DNA of 64,000 bases from the human T2T-CHM13v2.0 reference genome, Homo sapiens. A program made the position numbers and the translations under genes. Where the stretch lies: assembly GCF_009914755.1 (NCBI RefSeq), contig NC_060927.1, one strand, 5' to 3'. Positions 23,653 through 36,463 of the stretch are shown here, one piece after another; the stretch's first letter is position 1; each line of letters begins with the position of its first letter. A model generated the notes under the pieces. It was not told the origin of the DNA, searched no databases, and was given only the letters and a program-made list of their open reading frames with translations.

Positions 23653-26600
23653 TGAGACAGTCAGGTGGGAGGAGGTCCCTAGAGCAACTCCAACCAGCTT
23701 ATCCAATGGGGTGGGGCCTCAGGAAGTTCCCTCCATTAGCATCAAGGAGGAGCCTGGCTCCTACTCTTCCTGTGGGGAACCTGCGATTCAGGCTGCAAGT
23801 ATGGAGCACTCTATCAGGGACTCTGGCCTAGCTAGAGTTCCTGTTTCCCCCCTTTCTTCCTTTTCGCCCAATAAAACTGTCTTACTTACCATTCAAATTG
23901 TCTGCGAGTTTGAATTTTCATGGCTATGGGACAAAGAACTCTGTCTTCAGCTGAATCAAAGAAAAGTCCTACAACAGTTCTGGCATGCAAGGTGGTGCTC
24001 AAGAAGTGTTGAGTGAAATATGGACTCAAAACCTCTCACCGTTACCTTTTTATCCTCAGACTTCCGAGGATGAGGGAACCAGGTCCCCAATACCTGTGCC
24101 TCCCCCACCTTCCCACTTCATTCCTGGGCCTTTTTATGGCCCGTTCCTTTTTTTGGGGGGAACTAACCTTCCCCTCTTCGCCATGGCTAGAACGCATGGC
24201 CCAAGGGTCCCTCTGGTGGGCGTTTTCCACCACTCGCCACCAGAGCCTTCCCCTTCTCCAGCCAAGGGGCTTTACTGCATCAGACAGTAATTAAGCTTGT
24301 CTCTTGGTGGAGGAACCAATGGCATAAGAATAAGAGGTTCTTCTCCAGGCATTTTTAAACCCCTTCTCTACCCCACCAGCAATAAGTTTTAAGCAAGCTT
24401 TTTTTTTTTAAATTTTAGAAGATGCTTACTAGGCCAGGGCCCCTCAACTATCACTGTTTATATTGTCTGTAAAGCTTTAATTGTGAAAAGGGACTTGTGG
24501 GCTAGTCTTGGGCTATGGCCAATCTAGTGTGCCTTGTGTATCTGTATGGTTTGTGCTGCAAACCTCCATCTTGATTTACCTGCTGGGGGAATGGCCAGTA
24601 ACTGCTTGGCAAGGCTTTGTTCAGCAATCCTGCCTTAGGGAATGAGCTCTCTCTGGTCCCATATCTGCATGTTTTCCTAGCCTTGTCTTTTATAGTGCCC
24701 CACCCAGCAACTGGGTTTTCTCCTGCCTGTGTGTGTACTGTGTGTGATGTCTGTAAAAAGAGCACTAATTAATTTGGCCTAAAGAAAGACAAGCACTTGG
24801 ATGAATTATTTTTTTAAAGTTAAACACTGTGGTACCTTTCAGTTCACATGACTTTAATCTTTGAGAAATAAAAACATCCCTTAAAACTACTGGTAAAATG
24901 CAGGTCAGATGCAAGGTTTGCTAAGTGTTTTAAGGTTACAAACTGCTTTTTGGGTTTTGGGAACTGTCTGTATTGCCAGCTTCACAGCTGGTAAGGCCTG
25001 AGGACATGAAGAACTAACCACGCCCTTAATTAAGGAGGCAAAACCTGACTGCATTCAGCACACAGTTAAAACAACTTACCATGTTTTACATTAAAGTTAA
25101 AAATTGCTAGGCATTACCATTACAACATGCAATTGAAACTATTAGAAATAGATTTACATTCAAGGTGGGTAAGAACAGTAAAATGTATATTTTAGTAAAA
25201 GGTTATAAGAAAACATGGAAGTGTAGTTTTTCCTAGGGTTAAAGGATTGTTTTGACGTAGATAGGGAAAAACTGAAGGTTCGAACAAGTGGTGGAACAAT
25301 TTTGGAAATTAATCTTGCAGAAGAGGTTCTCTATGTGAACATATTGACTGAACTCAAAAGGGTATTATATGGTTTTTCTGTAAATTGATCATTGAAATAA
25401 AAACACAACACACTAGTTTTAAAATGTTAATCTGCTCTTTGGCAAAATATATAAAGGGTTATAAAAGGCTTTTGCTTCTTTCAAATTTCTGGGTCATCAT
25501 TTTGTTACCGGTGGGTCTTTGTTCTTAGAGCTCCCAAGATGGTGGTGGGCTGCTCCCAAGATGGCAGCAAGCCTTTTGTTCTCTGACCTGGGGTTCTTGG
25601 CCTCACGGATTCCAAGGAATGGAACCTTGGGCCATGCGTTGAGTGTTATAGCTCTATTAGAAGCTGTGGGTCATGGAAGAGAACCGTGGAACCCATCGAC
25701 TAGTTGGGTTCCTAATCAGCTCGATTAGGATGAATCCGGGCACTTAGACTCACAGGAACAGTGGTGAGCCTCTAGCCCGATTGGGAGCAGCAATGGGCGC
25801 CTTGCTAGATCAGAAGCCAGTGGACCCTCTGCTGGATCTGGAGGGGTGGAAGTCAGCGGCGGGTCTGTGACGACAGTGATCAGCAGTGGTGGACAGTGAG
25901 TGAAAGCTCAGCCCAAGCCAGAACAAACACGGATCAGAAGAGTGTGCAGTTGCAAGATTTAATAGAGTGAAAACAGAGCTCTCATACAAGGGGAGGGGAC
26001 CCAGAGGGGGTTGCCACTGCTGGCTCAAATGCCTGGGTTTATCCTGATCATTGTCCCTCCCCCTGTGCTCTCAGGGGATAGATGACTGGCTATTTCTTTA
26101 CCTCCTGCTTTTAGCCTAATTGGTGTTTTAGTGAGCTCTCTTTACTACCTGATTGGTCGGGTGTGAGCTGAGTTACAAGCCCCTTGTTTAAAGGTGAGTG
26201 CAGTCACCTTCCCCAGCTAGGCTTAGGAACTCTTAATTGGCCTAGGAAATTCAGCTAGTACTGTCTCTCAATTTTGGCAAAATAAATATCTTATGGTAAT
26301 CTGAAATTCCATTTCATCACATCAAGTTTTTAAAACTTACATATTTAACAGCCTTCCCAAAATCAAACTTAAGTTTCAAAATTGCCTTTCCTGACACCTG
26401 GCTTTTTGGATACTTCGCAGGACTCTTAAAGTATCCAAAAAAGAGAGGTAAATAGGGTCATTTAACATATTTAGGTACATGGGATTGCCAAAATGATGTT
26501 CAATCTTTAGGTTATATTTTGGTGAATAGTGGTAATATATGTTCTTAAATTGTATGGGATTTCTAAAATTCTAAAATCTAAGTATATGCTATCAATCATA

Positions 26601-29459
26601 ATTAAGGTTGTTATGTTAAGTTATTGTAAACCAAGGAGATAACCAAATTTCTTTGTCAATTTTGTTTCTAACTATAACTACTCTGGACATTTAGCTATTC
26701 ACAGAAAATTGTTGTCGTGTTTTAATCCTTTGCAAAAGATGGTTTATAATAGGCTATAGAACTTTAACAGGTGCTTTCAAATACAGGCTTCTGATAACTT
26801 TGGATATTGTGACATTAGAATACAGGAAAATGTACAGGATTCATGAAGACCTGAAATGCTTACAAGTATAAGCGAAACAAGAGTTAACTAAATGGACTGG
26901 ACTCAGAAAGCTGAAGCAATCTTTTTAACTTTTGCTTGCAATATTGCTGATTATTGTTGTGTTTTTCAGAGTCACAGAAACTTATTTTGAAATATTTGCA
27001 CCCTTTAATAATGAAGCAAGGTATACTTTTATGAAAAAAAATTAGAGCATGTTTATTTCTCTCTTCCTGGCCCCTCTAAAATTTGGAAACTATCTGTGAA
27101 TATTATTATGGCAATATAGTTGTTTGCATCCGTGCAATAATAATCCATTTTTCTTTTGCAACAGAACACAATTGGAGAAAGTTGGCATTTTACTGAGGCT
27201 TTGACTAGAAAGGTATGCTTCCCTTTAAGGAGTCAATCTTGAATTGCAGAGCCAATAAAAGCCCAGTGGGGAAACTGGCCTCATACCCTTGTCTATGCAG
27301 TCCCTGTACAGGGTTCCTGACTTATGGTCAGTAAAGAGTGTCACTTTCTAACAGGTCCAGGAGCTCCAGGTTTATTGTGGGACTTTAAGAGGAGAGAAGC
27401 ACCCAACTCACAGGTATTTGAGGATAAACCCATGGTTGGGAATGGCTTTAAAAGGTCTCATCCGAGACTCCTTGTAGAACAAACATCCACTAAAGCCAAT
27501 CCAAAAGACCTATGTAGAAATAATATTCTTTTTGCACTTTATGCAAATAATCAGGCCAAGTATAAGACTAAAGTCTACTTTGCAAACCACTCATTTCTAT
27601 CATAATTTTTTTAACAAAAGTGAAGACTAGAGACAGAGAAATCATGTTTCAAAACATATATTTGTCATGAAATTCTAAACTCATTAGTTGTTTTTAAATT
27701 TTTGACTACATTTTAGAATAACCCTTCTCGTTCCTGTGAATCTACCATCAATCTCCAGCTGTAGCTCAGAAAGAACAAGAGAAATGGGTAATGTAAAAAT
27801 CTGGATCAATATTCTAGTTCTGAGCAATTATCCTGCAAATCCTGCCTGATGACTGGAATAATTAGGATGCCCATCACCTGGAGGTTTCCTTTTTCCTTTT
27901 TGGGAACTGAAGACCAAGGGAATCAACCAAAGCCATCAACATGAACCCAAACCCTAGTAAGCGTAACTATAGCTACCATTTATCTGAATGTATCACAAGA
28001 CATCCTTTTCTCTCCCTTGTTGGAAGAGGACTCAGTTTCACAGTTTTACCTTATTATTTGGCGTATGATAATGAGTCCATGCAACCCTCTGAGGAAACGC
28101 TGTTGTCCCAAACTTAATTCCAAGCTTCAAGTCAAAGCCCTAGGAAGGAAAACTGGATCTGAGAGATCCAGAGGCAAATGGCAACAGAGGTTAAAAGGCA
28201 CAGCACAGGTAAGCGTGGCTCATTCCTGCCAATTAAGCCAACCCCAAGCTTCCTGTTTCATGGATAAAGTCCTTGTTGATATCCATGGCATAAATGAAGT
28301 CCAGGAAACTTTAAGGCTACTGACAGTAGCGGGGATAGAGGCATAGGTGAGAGCAGATAATTCCTATTCTCTAGGCCCTCCCTGCTTCATGGGTGCAAGC
28401 CACTCTGCCACTGATTGAGGGATCTGCCAAGGTCACTGGGACTCAGGAATGCAAGGACGGAAGACAGAAAGAGGATGCTCTTCCTTCCCTCCCTCACATA
28501 TGCCGGATATCTGCTAGAAAGAGAAGAGAATGAGGGATGCCTGCCTCACTCTTTCTAGATGGGTAGCCATTCATCTTCAGTCTGTACCCCTTTCAAATGC
28601 ATCCTGAACCTCTAGGGCTCCTTTAAAAGGTGCATTCTTTTTTCCTTTGTTCTCCTCAGTTCTCTCTTCACTAATAGGTAATTGTATCTCTCTACTATGA
28701 GACACTCCCCTCAGATGCATCCTCCAAACTGGAAAGAGTTAATTTCCCAGTCCTTAAACTGTTGGCTTAGGATTGGGCTCAGGGGAAGGGAACCCAGAAG
28801 CCCAACGTGGCAGCAAAAGGGTGAAGTTTTTTGCAAGTCAGGCATTTGTCCTTACCCCTCCCCTTGTTTTGTTTTGATACCTGCTTTCTAATAACCCACT
28901 TTGTCTCTTCTTGCCTTCAGGCAATCACCCTCCAAATGGTCATGCAACCAAAGCCTCTGATGGTGGCCCCTTCTGCTGGGAACCCTTAAGTAGGCCTCTG
29001 AGGGGGCTCTGACTGCCATTTCTCCAAAACAGTGCTCTCTGTCAGCAGGAAGCAGTTAAGATCTGTCTTCATCCTCATCCTTAATCTAATGGCTGTTAGA
29101 TGTACTTCTTTAGAGGGGTAAATGAGATACCCAGGTGGGAGAGGGTCCCTGGGGAAACTTCAACAGGGCTGTGCACTGGAAATGCAGGCTGGGGTGGAGC
29201 CTCAGGAAGTTTGTCATTTGCAGCAGGGAGGAGCCTGGCCCCTCCTCTTCCTGTGTGGAACCTGGGATTCAAGCTGCAGGTGTAAAGCACTCTAGCAGGG
29301 ACTCTGGCCTACAAGAGTCCTTGTTTGCCCCTTTTCTTCCTTTTAACCAAATAAAACCCTGTCTTACTCACCATTCAAATTATCTGTGAGCCTGAATTTT
29401 TGTGGCTGTGGGACAAAGAACCCTGTCTTTAGCTAAACTAAGGAAAAGTCCTGCCAACA
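23653..29459 (+). mobile_element. MER61-type non-autonomous ERV1 provirus (5' LTR 23653-23976, internal region, 3' LTR 29123-29459)
   Basis: Both LTRs start TGAGA(C/T)A..CAGGTGGGAG and end AAAAGTCCT..(C)AACA. PBS-like TGGCATGCAAGGTGGTGCTC follows the 5' LTR and purine tract AGAGGGGTAAA precedes the 3' LTR. Near-TSD CTAA/CTAC. Confidence 0.88.
25503..26270 (-). mobile_element. Solo LTR17 (HERV-W/HERV17), 768 bp
   Basis: The minus strand starts TGAGAGACAGTACTAGCTGAATTTCCTAGGCC...CCTAAGCCTAGCTGGGGAAGGTGAC and ends CCGGTAACA. Exact 4-bp TSD ATTT (25499-25502, 26271-26274). Confidence 0.93.
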
Positions 29460-29822
29460 CTACAATATTGATGTTACCTTTAGACTCAATTGGGATAGTC
29501 ACAAATCTTGTGACCTCTGGCCATACGACTTGTGAGTGATAAGGGACTATAGAAAATACACCTACATTTTAGTAGAATTCAGGTCCCTTCCATAATCCTA
29601 ATCTTGTGGCCTTACATTAGTCTTGCAAAGGTGGTTTCAGCCCCTGAACAAGAAGGGGATTAGTTTTAGGGAGGGACTATTATTCTTATTTCAAAATTAA
29701 ACTATTAACTAAAATCTGGCCTACACCCAGGAATGACCAAAGACTGCCTGGAGGTCAGAAGCAAGATGAAGTCAACTATGTCAGATGTCTCATACTGTCA
29801 CAATTTTGCAAAGGTAGTTTCA
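29460..29822 (-). mobile_element. LTR8A-like LTR, 5' piece
   Basis: The minus strand starts TGAAACTACCTTTGCAAAATTGTGACAGTATGAGACATCTGACATAGTTGACTTCATCTTGCTTCTGACCTCC. Confidence 0.85.
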
Positions 29823-29859
29823 ATTCCCAATCTTGGGCTTCCTTGTTTCCACCCTTTTT

Positions 29860-32035
29860 CTTTCAACGTGCTTATATTGGTATATTTGAGGTGAATTTCA
29901 TGTAAACAGTGTATTTTTGGGTCATATTTTTTAATACGTTATACTAATTTTTCACTTTTTTGAGTGTTACATTACCTTTAATGTAATTATTGCTATCGTG
30001 CTTACCCATAGTTTTACCTTTCCCTGCTCTTCTTTATTGCTTCCTGATGTTCAAAGTTTCCTTTTTTACCATTCTTTGAGAGTGAGCCTGCTGGCACCAA
30101 CTCTCATAGTTTTCATTTATCTGAAAATATTTGGATTGCCCTTTTAACTCTTAAAGAGTATTTTATATAAACATAGGACTCTGGGGTGCCAGTTGTCTTC
30201 TTTTAGAACTTGAAAAATAGTTTATCATGTTCTCTACCCTTCATGATTTCCAACGAGCAGTTCACTTTTGTTTGAATTGTTTTTCCCTTAGTGGTGAGGT
30301 TTTATTTTTTCCTCACTGCTTTAAGAATGTTATATTTCTCTGTAGTTTGCAGATGTTTGACTATGATGCATCTTGGTGTTTGTAACTCCTGATGTGTTTA
30401 CCCTGTTTAGGGTTTGCACAGTTTCTTCATTGTCTAGGTTTATATCTTTTGCCAAATTTTAGAAGGGCTTAGCCATTATTTCTTCAAGTATTTTTCCTTC
30501 TCCCATTTTTTCTCCTCTCATATGAAATGTTAGTGACACAGAGGTCAGATTTTTTTTAAAAAAAGACATTCTCACAGTTTCCTGGGGATATGTTAATTTT
30601 TTAAAACCATGTTATCTCTTTGTTATTCAGGTAGGGTTATTTGTTTTAATCTATTTTTTCCTTACCTGATTCTTTCCTCTGTCTCTCCATTCTTCTATTG
30701 ATTCCATTTGTTGAATTTTTGAAAGTTTTGGTCATTTTGTTGATTTTTTTAAAAAATTACTTATTTCTTGTATCTTTTATACTTTTGCTGAGACTTTCTA
30801 CTTTTCTTAATTTCAAGTATACTTATAATTACTCATTGAAATATTTTAAGATGCCTGCTTTAAAATGTTTGTCATGTTTTAACGTCTGTGTTATTTTAGT
30901 GTTGGCATCCACTGGATGCCTTTTTTAATTCAGCTGGACATCTTTCTGCTTCTTGGTATGCTGTGTAATTTGTATGCTAAACTACATATTTAGGGTATTA
31001 TGTTATGAGACTCTGGATATTATTTAAACTTTCTGTTTATCTGGCTTCCCCTAACACCACTCTGACAGGGAAAAAAAGAAATGCTGCCTGGTTATTGGTA
31101 GATGGAAGTGAAACTCCATTTTCCCCATTAAGCCTCTGTTGGCCACCAAAGATGGGGACTTTTCATTACTGTTGGGTGGAGATAAAATGTTTCGTTCTCC
31201 TTTAGGCATCCACTGATTCTTCCTTGGCTGGAGGAGAAAGAGTACATCATTGCTGCTCCCTGTGTAGCCTCCACAGACACCTGGGACTGGTGGCCTTGAG
31301 ACTAGGTGGTGTGAAAGCCCTGACTCTCTACTAGGTATTACTTGACATCACTTTATCAGAGAGGGAGAGTGGCAGTTTATAACTTCGCAGGGAGGAGTGG
31401 GGTTTAGTTGAAGTTTGAGCAACTTACATGGTTTTCTCTAAAACTCAAGGGGAGAGTGATGTTTATCACATTCCACCCTGACCCCCTCACCCACCTCCCT
31501 GACAGAGGATGAAAGTCCAAGCTCCCTACATGGCTCTTTCTGACACCATCTAGGCAAGGGTGAGAGTGGATTGGAGAGCTGCTCTATAACCTTGCAAGGG
31601 TGAAATCTAGCCTCTCCACTCAAGCTTTGGTGGTAGAGATTGGGGTGGGAATCTATTTTCTGTGCCCTTTTTTCTGTAGTCTAGCAGTTGTCTAAAAGGT
31701 TTTTATATTGCTAGGCTGCTCCTTTCCTGATTCTTAGGCTAAAGGCAGCAGAAATTTTGAAGGGCTTTTAAAATCTACTCCTATTGGCACTTCTGGGTTG
31801 CTGGCTTCTTTAGTACCACGTCGGACATTTAGGAGGCAAAAACAAAACCTAAGAAACTTACCAGATACCTTTCCATGGATGGTAAGGTCTATAGTCAGTA
31901 TGTCTTATTATCTCCCCCTTTCAGAATTGTCTTAGGTTAGTTTTATATATGATGTGTAAGGTTTTGAGTTGCATTTAATGAGAGAAATATTGAAAGCTAT
32001 TTTTCCTCTATTTTTCTGGAAGTAAAATCCTAATA
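29860..32035 (-). mobile_element. Old L1M (L1MC/MD-type) 5'UTR-ORF1-ORF2-start relic
   Basis: T-rich strand with decayed motifs (TTTGACTATGATGCATCTTGGTGT, AGCCATTATTTCTTCAAGTATTTTT, TTGCTAGGCTGCTCCTTTCCTG). Confidence 0.7.
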
Positions 32036-35000
32036 TTGGCTTTGTAAGTGGTGTTATATCTATTATATTTATGTAAATATCATCTATTTATTATGTATTA
32101 TCTGTCTTCAAGATGTTTATTAGTGTTCTTAAAGAATGTTTAGTTCATTATTCTGTAATATTTCATTCATTTTCCCTCAAAATGTCATTTTTAAACAGAA
32201 ATGCTATATAAATATTTTTGAATAAATCTTGACTTACCTAGCTTTTTTTTTTCTTGGAATTTGTATGCAGAAAATGTATGCTCAGTTGGCTAGTTTGCGT
32301 ATATGGCACAAAAATAGCTATATTTATTTATAGTCTATTATTCTGCAAAATAATCTAAACATAAGAGGTTTAAGTGTTCAGTGACCTCCAACAGGTATCT
32401 AGGTAATGTAATCTAATCAGGCAACTAAGATATACCCTCCAGCAAGTAGAGTATATAAAATTGTTGACATAAGGTTAGAAATAATTTCAGAGAAAATGAT
32501 TTTCAATTAAATGTAATTCTTGTCTCAGCACAGGTGGAACCAGCATTGTAGGTGCACTTTTCTTCATTGCAGAAATAAAACTTAACAAGTATTCAAAGAT
32601 TCCAAAGCCCCTGTGGCCTGTGTTGTTGTTTTTTTTTCATTTTTCTTTTCTAGATAAACTAAGTTTCAATCTATTTAAGACCTTGCTAATAATATGGAAC
32701 TATTGCTACCAGTGATATCTGTAATATGAAACCTGATGGACTTACAGGATCAGCATGTTATCCGATATTCGGTGGTCAGGACAAGAAAAATGTCCATTGC
32801 CAGAAATACCATATGAACAATGCCGCTTATGCTCTGGTTCCATAATGGTGACCAGCTGCACCTACTGAACAATCTCATTAGGCTTTTATTACTTCTTATT
32901 TTTAACTTTAGTACTAAAATGCTGAGGCAGCTAAGTAAGCTCAGGAGCACATTTTTGAATACTAATAGACAGCAACCTGTTATATCAAATGCTTTTTTAA
33001 TGGAAAAAATAAAATAGAAAGTTTCAACAGTAACTTAATTTAGAATTTACCATTTTTTTCTTATGAGATGTAAATTTCTGCTACATGATTATTCTTTTTA
33101 TTACTTTAGTAGAGTAAATGTCATTTGCAGAACTCCTGATCTGCTACAGAGCACTATTTATAGCAAAAAGCAACTGGTACTTTAATCGTATTGACATATT
33201 GACACACTTTATAGCTGTGCTGTAAAGTATTCTTTATCCTTGACACTTATGACAGAAAACCAAATCAAGCTAAGCCTTAATGATTGCTGTTCTTCTCTGA
33301 ATATATGAAACAGAAGAATGCAATAATGACGAGATATGTTTTCTGAGATTTTTAAAAAAGAATCAATTTGCTATTTGAGAACACGGAAAAGAAATGTCTA
33401 AGTTTGATCAGAAACAATATATGATTAGATAATGAAAAGTATAAAATATCCATCAAGTGTGTGGCTATGTAGGTTATATTTATTAATACTAATTAACTCT
33501 TGAGATAGGGCATAGTTTCAATAGTTTTCTCTAACAGAGCACAAGAGAAAGCTAGAATTAACCTTCTAAACATCATCATACAAAGTTAGTTTCTTGATTT
33601 CGTGGTCTTTATTGAAATTAATCACATTAATTAGTGCCTAAGCTTTTAAAATACCAATTTAAATGCCCATTATATTAACCATAGGGGTTCATTATAATCA
33701 AATCTAGCAATTTTTTCCCTATTATTAGGGGTGTGTGAATTTCCCAAGAGCTCTTGTGTTTGAAATACCCCCATGGATTTGAAAATTATCTATTTAAATT
33801 TGTTATGTACATCTCTCTGTGATGGGTATCAGAATATAAATAAATGGGAACTGGCCAAATTCAGATGTTCTTTCTAACAATTGATGTCATTTAATGGTCC
33901 GATATATGAATAGCTGAAAGAAAAAATAAAATTTCTATCAAATATTCAATGTTGCTCTAGCTAATTATTTCACCTGAGCAAATCCAACAGTTGGGAGGCA
34001 CAAATTCTGTTGACCTTTATGTTGTATATTATTATTATTGAGAAAATTTTTTATATAACATAAGCTTTGATACCTACAGGGAGAAATTTCAGTTTCTATT
34101 TTGGTTAGCATCCAAAGTAATTTTCTAATTTCTGAAATACTTTATGATTATCATATGATATATCATAATGCATGTATATTATGTATTATTATTTTAATGC
34201 TAACTCTACATGAGTTGGGGAATTTTATATCTTTAATTTGTAATATTTGCTCAATAGATATAGGTTTAAATATTTTATATACTTGTATATAAATATTTTT
34301 ATAGCAAAAGACTTATGTTTTACTTAGCTTTTATGCTATAATAGTGAATTTAGAGTTTTCTTTCACTTTTTATTATGGAACTTAGTTTTTAATGACTAAT
34401 ATTCCTGAATTTAACAGATTTGTTAACAATGTTACAAAGAAGAAAACATTGCATTATGTAACAAATAAATAAAAGAGTAAACTCTTGGATAGTTTATTTT
34501 TATTGCTGTCATTATTTTGCTTACCTAGTTCCTGGGTCTCTGTTCGAATGATATGCTTATTGGAAATATTCAGAAAATGACTGTCAATTTTGGAATTGCA
34601 CATAAATAGAAGTGTTTGAATGAATGTTACTATTCTCTTTGTTAGAGTTTTAAACATTTTATTTTGAAGTAATTATAGATTTACAAAATATTGTAAAAAT
34701 AGCATAAATAATTCCAATATACCTTTCACTCAAGTTCACTCAATGATGCAAAAAGGAAATATGCACACTGGAGAAACTCATCCCTGATTTCATCTCAGAG
34801 GCAGCCTTAACCTGGATCTTGACCCTGCAAATGGTCAAAGCTACAGAACTGAACTATGCTACATGATTTAAAGCTTTTAAAGAAATTATGTAGCAGATAT
34901 GATTTTGCCTTAGCTCTTTTCTAGTGTATCATTTTCATGAACACAAGTAATATTTTACTCCATCTATTATCTTAAAAATGAATATTAAAGTAAAACTAGA

Positions 35001-35479
35001 TATGCCTCCATGTTAAGAGGTGACAGAAGAGGAGGTGATTAGGATTCATCATGACAACATAAATTCCAGAAGAAAGGTAACTTCTTAACATTCACTCCTA
35101 TTACTTGCTTAATCCTTAGGGCATTCATAGTTCAGGAACTTCCTGAGACCTAAAGGAGTAATTTTATTCATTAGATGCTCTTTCCTTTTGTATTGTATTT
35201 TACAGTATAAATTTAATGTATTTTTGCACCAGGTTTTCATCATATAGAAAACACAATTTTACCAGTAACTCACTTAGTTAAAATAATTAGAATATAGGTA
35301 ATATTTGATTGTAATATCACTTATTTTATTCATACTATAATTAATAAAAAACTATTAATTCAAAAAGTGTTCATATTAACCATATAACCTATTAGCTCCT
35401 GCGTGTGGTAACCTTTTGTAATACTCTTCTTCATATAATACTCTTCTTCATGTAATTTTATCGTCTGCTTTTTCCCTTA

Positions 35480-35770
35480 GTTCTGAATGCCTTGGCCTCT
35501 GTAACAACTTGTCCACATTGTACTATTCCTTTGCCCTCCATTGTAGATTCAAATGTTTCCTGTTCTGTACTTGAGATTACTGTGGTCACAAGACAAGAAT
35601 AGCACTTATCACATTTTATAATATTTAGTTTTATGATCTCTTTCCTCTGATAGACATTGAATTCCATCAAGAGAAGGCCACCTATGCTTTTTACATCCAA
35701 AGAGCACTGCATCATTTTTGGAATGTTGTCAATATTCAGTATAGAGATTTTGATTTGATAAATAAATTAA
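35480..35770 (+). mobile_element. L2 3' fragment
   Basis: Degenerate L2 end (TAGACATTGAATTCCATCAAGAG...TTTTTACATCC...). Confidence 0.45.
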
Positions 35771-36034
35771 TGGGATTTCATAACAAAGATATGAGGATAA
35801 AATGATTGCCAGTATACAGCTGCTTATTAGAAATAGTACATTTTAGAAATTAACCAATTCAATGTTAAGCAAACTAGATGGTTACGTGGGAATTTGCACT
35901 ATGTAGAGGTGTTACCTGGAAGGTTGACTTTTTTTTTTTCTCTCTGATGAGTTTAGTATTACATTGGCTCTTTTGTGTTGAAAGTATTATTTTAGTAACC
36001 CTGCATACAATTAGATGAGACAAATAAAGAAATG

Positions 36035-36423
<389 letters not shown>

Positions 36424-36463
36424 TCAGTTGTATAGTCTCAAGTAACTCTTGCATGCTTTCTAT

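Noticed and set aside
23653-23976. p53 response element, known in some MER61 subfamilies
   Set aside because: I could not see a paired RRRCWWGYYY decamer in either LTR by eye. A motif scan would be needed.
23573-24294. 147-aa and 101-aa ORFs
   Set aside because: They cross the LTR8A/MER61 LTR/leader boundaries and have no retroviral protein motifs, so they are chance frames.
23977-29122. Coding-competent endogenous retrovirus
   Set aside because: No long gag, pol or env ORF and no RT or integrase motif is visible. Only tiny gag-start and env-tail remnants remain.
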